DNA of 64,000 nucleotides from positions 1,917-65,916 of the forward strand of contig CAYROQ010000011.1 in NCBI GenBank assembly GCA_964425955.1, written 5' to 3'. The notes beneath the pieces were generated by a model. That model was not told where the DNA came from, made no database searches, and saw only the letters and a list, made by a program, of their open reading frames with translations. The DNA comes from an uncultured Sideroxydans sp. Its GTDB lineage: Bacteria > Pseudomonadota > Gammaproteobacteria > Burkholderiales > Gallionellaceae. Below are positions 18,928 to 29,095 of the stretch, one piece after another (the stretch's first letter is position 1; every line of letters starts with the position of its first letter). Made by a program: the position numbers and the translations under genes.

Positions 18928-21612
18928 CTAAGTTTGTCTCTCCGGCAACTTGAGTCCCGAATTAACTACGGTGGTCCCGTCTTCCACTTTCGATTGCAAT
19001 GTTCGGATAGCTTTCACGGTCTTGGTCGAATACTGAAAAAAATCCCCGCCCAATTTGTGCATGGCTTCGTCTTTGTTATGGTCATGCACACATTGCACGA
19101 TATGCCCGACACTGCTGTGGAAATCCGCATGATTTTTCTTCAGCTCCGCATATTCTTGCAGCTTGGAATAACGACTGGCATCACCGTACAACCAATTTCC
19201 CAACGGGCACACATCATCGCGCGAGACCTTGCTGACTTCGAGTTGCTCATTGCTGACGCCCTTGATGTAGTCGATCAGGCGCACCTTCCACTTGGTATGC
19301 GCATTGACGGCATCATCAAACGAAAAAGCCGTATCACCAACGACCTTGGCGGGCAAACGCGAAACGGGGGCAAGTAACTTTGCCGGCTTGTCCCCGGACA
19401 GGCGGAAGGTGGACAACATCTGAGCCAGTGCCTGTGCCTGCTCTTCCATCGACTCTGCCGCTGCGGCGGCTTCCTCGACCAGCGCCGCGTTCTGCTGGGT
19501 CACATCGTCCATCTGGGTGATCGCGGTGTTCACCTGCTCAATGCCCTGACTCTGCTCGGACGAGGCGGCCGTGATCTCGCCCATGATGTCGGTCACGCGC
19601 TTGACGGCGTTGACCACTTCTTCCATGGTCTTGCCGGCCTTGTCCGCAAGCTCGGTGCCCAGGGTGACTTTGTCGACCGAGTCGCCGATCAGCGTCTTGA
19701 TTTCTTTCGCCGCCGCCGCGCTGCGTTGGGCCAGGTTGCGCACTTCGGAGGCCACCACGGCAAATCCGCGTCCCTGTTCGCCTGCGCGTGCGGCTTCCAC
19801 GGCGGCGTTCAGCGCCAGGATGTTGGTCTGGAAGGCGATGCCGTCGATGACGCTGATGATGTCGGCGATTTTCTTCGAGCTGTCACTGATGGACGACATG
19901 GTGTGCACGACTTGATTCACCACGTCGCCGCCTTTGGCCGCGACGTCGGAGGCGCCTACCGCCAGTTGGTTGGCCTGCCTGGCGTTTTCGGCGTTCTGTT
20001 TCACGGTCGAGGTGAGTTGTTCCATGCTGGCGGCAGTCTCTTCCAGACTGGAGGCTTGTTCTTCGGTGCGCTGCGACAGGTCGGTGTTGCCCGAGGCGAT
20101 CTCTTTGGAGGCGGTGTTGATGGTGTCGGCCGCTTCTTTGATGCGGCTGATGGTCTCGGTCAGTTGCGCTACCGTGGCGTTCGAATCGTCCTTGAGGCGG
20201 CCGAACGTGCCTTTGTAATCATTGCTGATGGTCTCGGTCAGGTCGCCGTGAGCGAGCGCGCCCAGTACACGCACCACTTCGTCCAGGCCAACCTCACTCG
20301 TCTCTAGCAGCCGGTTCATGTCTTCGGCCAACTTCAGAAAGAATCCTTCTTTCCCCGTCAGACTGATGCGGCGTGCGAAATCGCCGTTCGCCGCCGCTTC
20401 TACAATGTTGGATACTTCCGCCTCGGCCAACAGTTGATCGGTTACATCGATCCATTGACCCACCGTACCTAGCTTGTCACCCGCTTCGGTAATGATGGGG
20501 GTGGTCACCACATCGTAGTTGCGCCCACCCAACACCAGCCTGGTGCGCATCGTCGATGTCAGATTACGCAACCGGGTGATAGCGGCCTGCGGATCGGCAT
20601 AGAACACCCCGATGCTGCCCCCGACCACCTTGTCGGCCACAAATGCCGGATTTTCCTGCTGGAAAGCTTTCTCGTATTTGCGCAAAACATCGCGTAATGC
20701 ATGATTGATATAGATCACCTTGCCATCGCTATTTGCCACCCGCACACACATGGTCACATTGTCGAGGGCACATTTCAGTCTCGACAATTCGCGCGCCGCG
20801 CGTTCGTCTTCTTCCTGGCGTTCCACCAACTTGGCCTGCATCGTTTTCATCATCGCCATCAAACTGGTGGTGTCGCCCGTTTTGACATTGACCGTTTGGG
20901 AAAAATCATCTGCCGCGATACGGCTTGCGGCTTCTGCCGCCTCTGCCGGTTCGCCACCCAGCTGTTTGAGCAGATTGCGGACGATCCACTGCCCCACGAA
21001 CAAAACAAAAACACCGCCGACCAAAATGATCGCGATCAATAAAACGGTGCGGCGCTGAATGACTTCTGCCGCCTCGGCTTCATCCTTCGCGGTCTTCTCA
21101 TTGACCTTGACCACCAAATCATCGATCACCTGACGGTGGGCGCGATATTTTTGATCGAGCATGACCAAAGCGATTTGTGCGGCTGCCTTGTCACCCCGTT
21201 GGATTGCCGGAATAAAACGTTCATCACGCACATCCAGGAACGCTTTCCCGGGAGTGTAAGAATCAACCAGAATCAGCTCTTTAATTTTTCCTTCCGACAG
21301 TTTTTCTGACCAGTATTTGTGGCGCTCTTCGTAATCGATCCGGAGTTGTTTACTCTTCGCGACCAGTGCGGGAATCTCTTTGGCATCTGCCTGCAAAAGT
21401 TGCAGCACGACGAAGTAGGCTTCGATCAGATATTCGGGGGGAGGAAGGATGTCGGCGACCAAATCTTTTTGTAGCACGACACCTTTGTAGATTGGGCCGT
21501 TTACTTTGACCAGATTCAATGTGGTTAAGGCCACTGCGCCCACCACGATGAAACTAATTGCAAAAACACCCAACAGGAGGATAAACCGATTTGTCACTCG
21601 CATAGTGTTCAT
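18928..21612 (-). CDS. Methyl-accepting chemotaxis protein: periplasmic helical sensor, HAMP, PAS, HAMP array, MA domain, C-terminal CZB (zinc-binding) domain
   Basis: 894 aa with two TM segments (aa ~10-32 and ~190-212). The MA domain is identical to that of the neighbouring MCP. The C-terminal 130 aa carry the CZB pattern. Confidence 0.92.
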   Translation of the reverse strand: MNTMRVTNRFILLLGVFAISFIVVGAVALTTLNLVKVNGPIYKGVVLQKDLVADILPPPEYLIEAYFVVLQLLQADAKEIPALVAKSKQLRIDYEERHKYWSEKLSEGKIKELILVDSYTPGKAFLDVRDERFIPAIQRGDKAAAQIALVMLDQKYRAHRQVIDDLVVKVNEKTAKDEAEAAEVIQRRTVLLIAIILVGGVFVLFVGQWIVRNLLKQLGGEPAEAAEAASRIAADDFSQTVNVKTGDTTSLMAMMKTMQAKLVERQEEDERAARELSRLKCALDNVTMCVRVANSDGKVIYINHALRDVLRKYEKAFQQENPAFVADKVVGGSIGVFYADPQAAITRLRNLTSTMRTRLVLGGRNYDVVTTPIITEAGDKLGTVGQWIDVTDQLLAEAEVSNIVEAAANGDFARRISLTGKEGFFLKLAEDMNRLLETSEVGLDEVVRVLGALAHGDLTETISNDYKGTFGRLKDDSNATVAQLTETISRIKEAADTINTASKEIASGNTDLSQRTEEQASSLEETAASMEQLTSTVKQNAENARQANQLAVGASDVAAKGGDVVNQVVHTMSSISDSSKKIADIISVIDGIAFQTNILALNAAVEAARAGEQGRGFAVVASEVRNLAQRSAAAAKEIKTLIGDSVDKVTLGTELADKAGKTMEEVVNAVKRVTDIMGEITAASSEQSQGIEQVNTAITQMDDVTQQNAALVEEAAAAAESMEEQAQALAQMLSTFRLSGDKPAKLLAPVSRLPAKVVGDTAFSFDDAVNAHTKWKVRLIDYIKGVSNEQLEVSKVSRDDVCPLGNWLYGDASRYSKLQEYAELKKNHADFHSSVGHIVQCVHDHNKDEAMHKLGGDFFQYSTKTVKAIRTLQSKVEDGTTVVNSGLKLPERQT
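18931..19326 (-). other. CZB (chemoreceptor zinc-binding) domain at the MCP C-terminus
   Basis: The sequence is [12 protein letters not shown]...[13 protein letters not shown]...KKNH-ADFH. The spacing is H-x29-C-x25-H-x3-H (ligands 30, 26 and 4 residues apart). As I recall, the 3His/1Cys zinc site of DgcZ/TlpD-type CZB domains has very similar spacing. Confidence 0.75.
19430..20184. repeat. 755-bp block identical to 16198..16952 (copy B)
   Basis: See copy A for the evidence. Confidence 0.9.
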
Positions 21613-21630
21613 GGCGATTCCTTCAGTGTG

Positions 21631-22128
21631 TTAATTCGCTGCCACTTCATCCGTCAGCGCCATCTCGGCACTCGACATCAGCTTCTCGATATCCACCAGG
21701 ATCAGCATATGATCGGCCACCGTACCCAAGCCCAGGATGTAGCGCGTGTCCAGGGCGGCGGAAAGATTTGGCGCGGGATGGATCTGTTCCGCTTTCAGTG
21801 TGAGCACGTCGGATACGCTATCCACCACGATGCCCACGATACGGCTGCCCAGATTGAGGATGATGACCACAGTGAACTGGTCATACTCGATCGCTGCCAT
21901 ATTGAATTTGATGCGCAGATCCACGATGGGCACGATGGTGCCGCGCAGATTGATCACGCCTTTGATGAAATTGGGCGTGTTGGCAATGCTGGTGACCGCG
22001 TCATACCCGCGTATCTCCTGCACCTTCAAGATATCGATGCCGTATTCCTCTTTACCCAGGGTGAAGGTCAGGAACTCGTTGTTGGCGAGCCCCGCACCGC
22101 CCATCGAATGATTTTCTGTCGTCGCCAT
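21631..22128 (-). CDS. cheW: Chemotaxis coupling protein CheW
   Basis: The ATG at 22128 has an AAGGAG Shine-Dalgarno, whereas the ORF-track start is a GTG. The CheW fold signature reads [25 protein letters not shown]...[16 protein letters not shown]. Confidence 0.93.
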   Translation of the reverse strand: MATTENHSMGGAGLANNEFLTFTLGKEEYGIDILKVQEIRGYDAVTSIANTPNFIKGVINLRGTIVPIVDLRIKFNMAAIEYDQFTVVIILNLGSRIVGIVVDSVSDVLTLKAEQIHPAPNLSAALDTRYILGLGTVADHMLILVDIEKLMSSAEMALTDEVAAN

Positions 22129-22223
22129 TTGTTTCTCCTTGTGCACTTTCCTCGCTTCGCGGGTGCGAATTTATTTGCACCTACTCCCATCCGGCTTCTC
22201 TATTGAAAAAAGGGGGAATTCCA

Positions 22224-24251
22224 TCACGCCGCCAATCGATTTTGCTGTGACGGTGTCATACTTAACGCCGCCACATCCAGGATCAATGCCACTTTGCCAT
22301 CGCCCATGATGGTTGCGCCGGAGATACCCGGCAACTTGCGGTAATTCGATTCCAGGCTCTTGATCACGACCTGGTGTTGGCCCAACAATTCGTCCACCCA
22401 CAGCGCGACTTTCCGGCCTTCCGCTTCAACGATGACCACCACGTCGCCCACCGATGAGGTCGTGTCCAGCGGTAGATTGAACAACGCTCGCATCGATACC
22501 AGCGGCAGATATTCGCCGCGCACATGGATCATGTGGCCTTTGCCACTCACACTGCGTGTATCCGTTTCGCCAATGAGCAGCGACTCGATGATGTTGGTCA
22601 GCGGGATGATGTAAGTCTCGGCACCGACCGCAACCGACAGGCCATCAAGTATCGCCAGTGTGAGCGGCAGACGGATGGTGATGCGGGTTCCCAGGCCTTC
22701 CATCGAATTCAATTCGATACGTCCGCCAAGCGCCGCGATATTGCGCTTGACCACGTCCATGCCGACACCGCGCCCGGATACATCGGTGACCACTTCAGCC
22801 GTGGAGAATCCCGGTTCAAAGATCAGCATCCATACTTCCTGATCGGTGATGTCATCGCGCACCGGCAGGCCGCGCTCAATCGCCTTGCTCAAGATCCTGC
22901 CGCGATTCAACCCTGCTCCGTCGTCGGAAACTTCGATCACCACGTTGCCACCCTGGTGCGCGGCTTGCAGGGTGATGGTGCCTTTGGCCGGCTTGCCGGC
23001 AGCGAGGCGTTTCTCCGGATTTTCGATGCCATGATCGAGGCTGTTGCGCACCAGATGTGTGAGCGGATCGGCGATTTTCTCGATCAACCCTTTGTCCAGC
23101 TCGGTGCCTTCGCCCAGGGTTTTCAGCTCAACCTGTTTGCCCAACTTTCCCGCCAAGTCGCGCACCACACGCGGGTAGCGGCTGAACACAAACGAGATCG
23201 GCAACATGCGCACCGACATCACCACTTCCTGCAGGTCGCGCGTGTTGCGTTCCAGCTGGCGCAAGCCGCTTTGCATTTTTTCGTACATGACGTCATCCAT
23301 CTCGGATGCCGACTGCGCCAGCATCGCCTGTGTGATAACCAGTTCGCCGATAAGATTGATCAGCTGGTCAACCTTCTCGACATTCACGCGGATAGAGGTA
23401 TCGGCAGCGGCGGGAGCGGCCTTGTCGCTACTGCGGCGGCCCACTTGCACGGCTTCCTCTGCCGTATCGGTGGCACGCCGGCCCGGATTTTGCGTTTCCG
23501 CGTGGCTGTCTTGCTCGGTTGGCTGGGGTTTGAGTTTTTTGAAGAATCCGTAACCTTGTTTGGCTTCCTGCCTGGCGGTCACTTGTGCCGGCAGTTCCTC
23601 GACCTCGGTAAAAAATCCATAATCCTCTTCGCTGAGGAGGATCGTTTGGGGAGCGGGTGATTCACTCTTTTGGGGAGCGTCGTCAAAAAATCCGAAGGCC
23701 GCTTCCGTGTTGGCCTGTATCGCACCCGGCACATCGTCATCGAAGAAACCGTAGACATCTTCCGTAGTTGGCTGTGCGGAGCTCGGCTCATCCTCGAAGA
23801 ATCCAAAAGCCGTCTCTGCGGGCGCGACCGTTGCAGAAGTTGCCGGGGCTGCCTGGGAGGTGCCGCGCCCGTTCAGTTCGGCCAGTTTGTCGCACGCCAT
23901 CTTGACCTCGATCGGCTCAACATGACCTTCGCCGCGATGGGCAGCCAATTGCATATGGATGACGTCACCCGCCTCCAGAAACACATTAACCATTTCGTCG
24001 GTCAACTGCATCTCGTGTTTGCGCAACTTGTCCAACAGGTTTTCCAGCACATGCGTCACTTCCACCATGTCTTGAAAACCAAAAGTTCCGGCCCCCCCTT
24101 TGATGGAATGCGCCGCACGAAAGACGGCATTCAAATCATCGTCACTGGGTTGGGTGACATCCAACCCCAGCAGCAACGATTCCATTGAAGCCAGATGCTC
24201 CGCCGCTTCCTCAAAGAACACCTGATAGAACTGGGAGAGATCGATGGACAC
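22224..24251 (-). CDS. cheA: Chemotaxis histidine kinase CheA (copy 1, 675 aa)
   Basis: The Hpt domain is FRAAHSIKGGAGTFGF. It is followed by a long acidic/repetitive P2 linker, HATPase motifs ([27 protein letters not shown]) and a C-terminal CheW-like P5 domain. The start is a GTG. Confidence 0.93.
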   Translation of the reverse strand: MSIDLSQFYQVFFEEAAEHLASMESLLLGLDVTQPSDDDLNAVFRAAHSIKGGAGTFGFQDMVEVTHVLENLLDKLRKHEMQLTDEMVNVFLEAGDVIHMQLAAHRGEGHVEPIEVKMACDKLAELNGRGTSQAAPATSATVAPAETAFGFFEDEPSSAQPTTEDVYGFFDDDVPGAIQANTEAAFGFFDDAPQKSESPAPQTILLSEEDYGFFTEVEELPAQVTARQEAKQGYGFFKKLKPQPTEQDSHAETQNPGRRATDTAEEAVQVGRRSSDKAAPAAADTSIRVNVEKVDQLINLIGELVITQAMLAQSASEMDDVMYEKMQSGLRQLERNTRDLQEVVMSVRMLPISFVFSRYPRVVRDLAGKLGKQVELKTLGEGTELDKGLIEKIADPLTHLVRNSLDHGIENPEKRLAAGKPAKGTITLQAAHQGGNVVIEVSDDGAGLNRGRILSKAIERGLPVRDDITDQEVWMLIFEPGFSTAEVVTDVSGRGVGMDVVKRNIAALGGRIELNSMEGLGTRITIRLPLTLAILDGLSVAVGAETYIIPLTNIIESLLIGETDTRSVSGKGHMIHVRGEYLPLVSMRALFNLPLDTTSSVGDVVVIVEAEGRKVALWVDELLGQHQVVIKSLESNYRKLPGISGATIMGDGKVALILDVAALSMTPSQQNRLAA

Positions 24252-24264
24252 GATTTTCTCTCGG

Positions 24265-24630
24265 TTATCCGATGCACTTCTTCACGACTTCCAGCAGCTT
24301 GGCCGGATCAAACGGTTTCACCAGCCAACCGGTGGCGCCCGCCGCTTTGCCCTGTGCTTTCATCGCGTCGCCCGATTCGGTGGTCAGCATCAGGATCGGT
24401 ACCGCTTTATAGCTGGGCAAACTGCGCAGTGTCTTGATCAGGGTGAGGCCGTCCATGCGCGGCATGTTCTGGTCGGTCAAGACCAGATCGGCATTTTTCG
24501 CCTTGGCCTTGTCCAGCCCATCCTGGCCGTCCACCGCTTCGATCACCTCGTAACCCGCCCCTTTGAGCGTGAAAGTTACCATCTGCCGGATAGAGCCGGA
24601 ATCGTCAACCGTGAGTATCGTCTTTGCCAT
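24265..24630 (-). CDS. cheY: Chemotaxis response regulator CheY (copy 1, 121 aa)
   Basis: This is a single REC domain: ILTVDDSGSIRQMV...LVLTDQNMPRMDG...MLTTES...KAAGATGWLVKPF. Confidence 0.9.
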   Translation of the reverse strand: MAKTILTVDDSGSIRQMVTFTLKGAGYEVIEAVDGQDGLDKAKAKNADLVLTDQNMPRMDGLTLIKTLRSLPSYKAVPILMLTTESGDAMKAQGKAAGATGWLVKPFDPAKLLEVVKKCIG

Positions 24631-24678
24631 TTCTTTCTCCCTCAGTCATTCAACAATCCAATCCATAACTTGCGCCTG

Positions 24679-25872
24679 CTAAAACAACTCAACATCCCCC
24701 GTGGTCATGCTTTCCTGCCGCACCGGTTTGCTTCTATTTGTTGAGTTGGCTCGCGAAAGAAGCTCGTTGACCTCGTTCAGCATCTGTTCTTTCATTTCGC
24801 GGGATGCTTGTTCGCCGTGGCGCGAACTGTCCGACCATTCGCCCAGTTTGTCCCATGCCGCATGGATGCTCTCCATCCGCTCCGACGAGTGTTGCAAGAG
24901 CTGGTTCATCATGTCCTGGAATTGAAGCGAAGTGATCGCCTTCCTCACCACAGTTTCAACCTCTTCAGTGATCTTGGATTGCTCAGCCAGTGCCACCGCC
25001 ATATCACGATTGATTTCCTGTGCGTGTGACATGGTGGTTGACAAGCGCTCCTGGGATTTCAAAGCAAACTCCATGTCCAGCGAGGCCATCTGATTGATGG
25101 ACACTTCTGCATCGCTGATCGAGGTGTGCATCAAATTGATGTTGCCCCGAATCGCTTTACTGAAATGCTCTGCCCTTGCCGAAAGCTTGCGCACTTCGTC
25201 CGCCACCACCGCAAAACCGCGCCCCGCCTCGCCGGCGCGAGCCGCTTCGATGGCGGCATTCAACGCCAACAAGTTGGTTTGTTTCGAGATGGAATCGATC
25301 TCGCCCAATCCCTCCAGCACTTTTTGCACCTGCTGGCTCACCGTCTCCATCTTCTCGACCAACTCCATACCTGCCTTGCTGTTGTTGAGAATACTTCCCA
25401 CCAGAGACTGCAACGTCTCTGCTGTCTCGGTCATGAATTCATGCAGGAGCGAATCCGAACTTTCCCGGCTATTGGTCTGATGCTCCAATACCGCATTGGA
25501 TGAGTTTCGCTGCGCCTCGATCAGCTTGTGCATGCCCGAAAAACTCTCAAGCAATTTTTCGATCGCATGCGCCAGCAAACTTTTCGCCTGCTCCAGATCT
25601 TCATTGGCGCCGGCAAACTGCTGTGCAAATTGCGGATGAGTCTGCAACACAACAATCTCGACCGCACTCTCAAATTTCGGCGTCTCGGGCAACTGTTCTC
25701 CCAAAGCGTGAACCCGGCGAGCGATGTTCCAAACCACCACAGCCACCAACACTGAGATCGTTGCATGCATCAACAGGCTACCCATCCCCAAGTCGACCCA
25801 TTGCGACAGCATATGGGCCACACCCGCCACGAACAGCACGGCAAGCAATTTCGGGAAGTAGTTCTTGGTCAT
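24679..25872 (-). CDS. Short methyl-accepting chemotaxis-like protein without a ligand-binding domain
   Basis: 397 aa. Two closely spaced N-terminal TM helices form a hairpin, and no HAMP is recognised. The signalling hairpin is [40 protein letters not shown] later LQFQDMMNQ motif is present, and the protein ends in GDVELF. Confidence 0.85.
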   Translation of the reverse strand: MTKNYFPKLLAVLFVAGVAHMLSQWVDLGMGSLLMHATISVLVAVVVWNIARRVHALGEQLPETPKFESAVEIVVLQTHPQFAQQFAGANEDLEQAKSLLAHAIEKLLESFSGMHKLIEAQRNSSNAVLEHQTNSRESSDSLLHEFMTETAETLQSLVGSILNNSKAGMELVEKMETVSQQVQKVLEGLGEIDSISKQTNLLALNAAIEAARAGEAGRGFAVVADEVRKLSARAEHFSKAIRGNINLMHTSISDAEVSINQMASLDMEFALKSQERLSTTMSHAQEINRDMAVALAEQSKITEEVETVVRKAITSLQFQDMMNQLLQHSSERMESIHAAWDKLGEWSDSSRHGEQASREMKEQMLNEVNELLSRANSTNRSKPVRQESMTTGDVELF

Positions 25873-25880
25873 ATTTCCTC

Positions 25881-27779
25881 CTAGCTCCCCATCCGTTCCA
25901 TCAATAATTCTTTGATATCGAGTATCAACACGATATCGCCTTCGCTGGACATCGTGACACCTGCCACGCCCTTGGGCCTGAAGGTATCCAGGGATTTGAT
26001 CACCACATCGTCGTGACCCGCGAAGCCATCTGCCGACAGGATGAAATTGTTGCTGCCGATCTGCATCAGCACACCCACCTCGGGCGTACCCTGCTGCTCC
26101 CAGCCGATGAGTTGCGCCAACGGCAACACGGGTAACACCTCGCCGCGCACGACCATGGTGGCGCGACCGGATACTTGTTGCAGCTGTTCCGGGGTGACGG
26201 AAAGGATCTCGCGCACCATGGAAAGGGGCACCGCAAAAGATTGCTCGCCCAAGCGCAGTATCAAAACGGGCAAGATCGCCAGAGTTAAAGGTAGTGAAAT
26301 GGTGAGCAAAGTTCCTTTGCCCGGCTCGGATTGAATCGCCACATTTCCGTTGAGTTTTTGGATGTTGGTCCGCACCACATCCATACCTACACCGCGTCCG
26401 GATACGCTCGAAATCTCATCCTTCGTCGAGAATCCGGGCAAGAAAATCAATTCCAGACACTGGCTCTCATCCAGCGTGTTCGCCACCTCATTGGTGATGA
26501 GTCCTTTCTCGATCGCCTTGCTGCGGATCACTTCGGGACGCATTCCTTTCCCGTCATCGGCAATCGTGATCACGATGTGGTCACCTTCCTGCTTGGCTGA
26601 AAGTTCAACCAGACTCTTTTCCGGCTTGCCCGCAGCGATACGTTCTTGCAACGTTTCCACACCATGATCGACCGCGTTGCGCACCAGGTGAACGAGCGGG
26701 TCGTTCAGGTCCTCAATCATGGTCTTGTCCATTTCGGTATCCTCGCCGGACAGAACCAATTCGACGTCTTTGCCTAAAGACCGTGCCAAGTCACGCGCAA
26801 GACGGGGGTATTTTTTGAACAGGCGACCGATGGGTTGCATGCGTGTCTTCATCACCGCGTTCTGCAGATTCACCACCAGCATATCCAACTGTGAAACGGC
26901 CTGATCCAGCTCGCGCAGAGTCTCTGCATCTTTTCGTCCCTGCAGAATGTCCGAACGCAAATGGGTCAACCGATTCTTGGTCAATCCGATTTCGCCGGAC
27001 AGATTCAACACCTGATCCAACCTTTCGGTATCCACGCGAATGGTGGTTTCTTTGGATTCCGCAGAGGGGACATCTCCTCCCCGACGGCCTACTGTCGCAC
27101 CCGGAACATCGGTATTGCGCCGCCCGAATGCTTTCTTGGTGGACTCTTCCTCATTGATAGCCTGCTTGATCTGCTCCGGATCACGCTTCACCCCCAACTG
27201 CTCGACGATGTCATTGCCGGTGATCGCTTTATAGAGAGCATCCCAGTCCACGCTCTCCGTTCCCGGATGTTCAGAACCGGGCGGAACGGGGTTGTGAACA
27301 GCGTCTTGAGTCTGCTCCGCTGTCGTGCGCGGAGCCGGTGAGACATCAGGAAATTTTTGCGCAAGGGGATTTTTGACCACAACCGGTTTTCCATCGAGAA
27401 CCGATTGCAGTGCGGCAATGATGTCATCGGGTGCCGCCGTCGGCTGCTGATTCTTTTGCAGCGAACCAAACATGCGACGCACTTCTGAAGTGGCGGCAAA
27501 AATCACATCCATCAACTCCGCACTCAAGACAAGTTGGTTGTTACGCAACTTGTCGAAAAGGTTCTCGGTGAGATGGCACAAGGTGACCAGTTCGTTGGCA
27601 TTCAAAAAACCAGCCCCGCCTTTGATGGTATGGAATCCGCGAAAGACCTCGTTCAACAGACCGGCATCCTGTGGACGTTTTTCCAGCTCCATCAATTTGC
27701 TGTCAACATCGGAAAGCATATCCCCCGCTTCCATCAAGAAGTCGCTCAACAGGTCTTCCATTCCGGCGAAATCGTTCAT
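25881..27779 (-). CDS. cheA: Chemotaxis histidine kinase CheA (copy 2, 632 aa)
   Basis: The Hpt domain is [14 protein letters not shown]. HATPase motifs are present ([27 protein letters not shown]), followed by a C-terminal CheW-like domain. An AGGAG Shine-Dalgarno lies upstream. Confidence 0.93.
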   Translation of the reverse strand: MNDFAGMEDLLSDFLMEAGDMLSDVDSKLMELEKRPQDAGLLNEVFRGFHTIKGGAGFLNANELVTLCHLTENLFDKLRNNQLVLSAELMDVIFAATSEVRRMFGSLQKNQQPTAAPDDIIAALQSVLDGKPVVVKNPLAQKFPDVSPAPRTTAEQTQDAVHNPVPPGSEHPGTESVDWDALYKAITGNDIVEQLGVKRDPEQIKQAINEEESTKKAFGRRNTDVPGATVGRRGGDVPSAESKETTIRVDTERLDQVLNLSGEIGLTKNRLTHLRSDILQGRKDAETLRELDQAVSQLDMLVVNLQNAVMKTRMQPIGRLFKKYPRLARDLARSLGKDVELVLSGEDTEMDKTMIEDLNDPLVHLVRNAVDHGVETLQERIAAGKPEKSLVELSAKQEGDHIVITIADDGKGMRPEVIRSKAIEKGLITNEVANTLDESQCLELIFLPGFSTKDEISSVSGRGVGMDVVRTNIQKLNGNVAIQSEPGKGTLLTISLPLTLAILPVLILRLGEQSFAVPLSMVREILSVTPEQLQQVSGRATMVVRGEVLPVLPLAQLIGWEQQGTPEVGVLMQIGSNNFILSADGFAGHDDVVIKSLDTFRPKGVAGVTMSSEGDIVLILDIKELLMERMGS

Positions 27780-27795
27780 TGCTGACTCCTATTCA

Positions 27796-27869
27796 GTTAA
27801 GGGAGAAGAGGTAAGGGAGAAGGGTTCAAACTTTCGCGCCATTGCCACCCTTCCCTCTTCTCCCTTAAC
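27796..27869. repeat. REP-like imperfect palindrome in the cheZ-cheA spacer (related to 55395..55461)
   Basis: The arms are GTTAAGGGAGAAGAGG(TAAGGGAGAA)GGGT and ACCCTTCCCTCTTCTCCCTTAAC, around a GC-rich loop. On the minus strand the purine-rich arm starts right after the cheZ stop. Confidence 0.6.
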
Positions 27870-27879
27870 CCTTCTCATC

Positions 27880-28611
27880 TTAAAACCCCAAACTTTCCAG
27901 CAGATCGTCCACTTGGTCCTGGCTGGTCACCACATCATTGCGTCCCGAAGCGTTGATCACCGGTCCATTCAGCAACCCGGAATGGATTTCCGCTTTGACA
28001 GCGGCGGGCGCGTTCTCCAACAGCAGCGCCAACAGTTGTTGTTCCATTTCTTGGGTCACTTGAATAATCTTTTTGATGACTTGTCCGGTGAGGTCCTGGA
28101 AGTCCTGCGCCATCATGATTTCTGTCAGATAGGCGTTGGTCGTCTTGGTCTGTTTGGGCATCTCATGCAGAAACGCGTGGGTCTTCGTTACCAGTTCTTT
28201 GAACTGCTGCACATCGAGTTTCTTCTCGAACAACATGTCCCACTGCGAAGCCAGACGATGCGATTCCACTCCCAATTTATCCACGACCGGTTGCGCGGCC
28301 TCGGTGGCATTCAACACACGTTCCGCCGCCTGCTGCGTCAGCGTCGCCACATAGTTCAAACGGTCGCGCGCGTCGGGAATGGTCGATGCCGCTTTTTCGA
28401 TCTCTTTGTGTAATCCCAATTCGCGCAGCGTGTCGTGCAGCTTGCGTGCGATATGCCCTACCTGGTTGATCACTTTTTCCTGCTCGGCCTCGGCGTTAAA
28501 GACAAGCACTTTCGCGGATTCCGGTTTGGATTGTTCGGAATTCGCGGCGATGATGCTGTCGAACAATGCTTCTAGATCGTCCGAGTCCTGGGTTGCAGTG
28601 TTAGTTGCCAT
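27880..28611 (-). CDS. cheZ: CheY-P phosphatase CheZ
   Basis: 243 aa. The signature MMAQDFQDLTGQVIKKI carries the catalytic Gln region. The C-terminus DQVDDLLESLGF looks like the acidic/amphipathic CheY-binding peptide. Confidence 0.9.
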   Translation of the reverse strand: MATNTATQDSDDLEALFDSIIAANSEQSKPESAKVLVFNAEAEQEKVINQVGHIARKLHDTLRELGLHKEIEKAASTIPDARDRLNYVATLTQQAAERVLNATEAAQPVVDKLGVESHRLASQWDMLFEKKLDVQQFKELVTKTHAFLHEMPKQTKTTNAYLTEIMMAQDFQDLTGQVIKKIIQVTQEMEQQLLALLLENAPAAVKAEIHSGLLNGPVINASGRNDVVTSQDQVDDLLESLGF

Positions 28612-28618
28612 GTTCGCC

Positions 28619-29017
28619 TCACTTGTTAAGGTGCGGAAATGCCGCGAATATCTTCTTCAACTTCTCATCCAGAGTGGCTGCCGTGAAGGGTTTGACGATG
28701 TATCCGGATGCACCAGCCTGTGCCGCTTCGATGATGTTTTCCTTTTTGGCCTCCGCCGTCACCATCAATACCGGCAGATGTTTGAGGTTGGTGTCTGCTC
28801 GTATCCCGCGCAACAGTTCGATGCCGGTCATGTTGGGCATGTTCCAGTCGGTCACCACAAAATCGAATTGATCCGAGCGCAATTTGTTGAGCGCATCGAT
28901 CCCATCCTCGGCTTCTTGCACATTGGCAAAACCCAGTTCTTTGAGAAGATTGCGCACGATACGTCGCATCGTGGAGAAATCATCCACCACCAAAATTTTT
29001 GTGTTCTCAATTCCCAT
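28619..29017 (-). CDS. cheY: Chemotaxis response regulator CheY (copy 2, 132 aa)
   Basis: I trimmed the start to the ATG at 29017, which has an AGGAG Shine-Dalgarno. The sequence [24 protein letters not shown]...[13 protein letters not shown]...[21 protein letters not shown] closely resembles enterobacterial CheY. Confidence 0.93.
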   Translation of the reverse strand: MGIENTKILVVDDFSTMRRIVRNLLKELGFANVQEAEDGIDALNKLRSDQFDFVVTDWNMPNMTGIELLRGIRADTNLKHLPVLMVTAEAKKENIIEAAQAGASGYIVKPFTAATLDEKLKKIFAAFPHLNK

Positions 29018-29095
29018 TTCAATCTCCTGCTTTGGTTGTATTACGCAGACCTGTCTGCGCCCCACAACTGCGGCGACATGCCGCCGCACTCCATA

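Noticed and set aside
16198-20184. The 755-bp identical direct repeats, considered as possible insertion-sequence ends or a composite mobile element.
   Set aside because: Both copies are in-frame parts of MCP signalling domains. There are no transposase or integrase genes, no terminal inverted repeats and no target-site duplications. Gene conversion between paralogues explains them.
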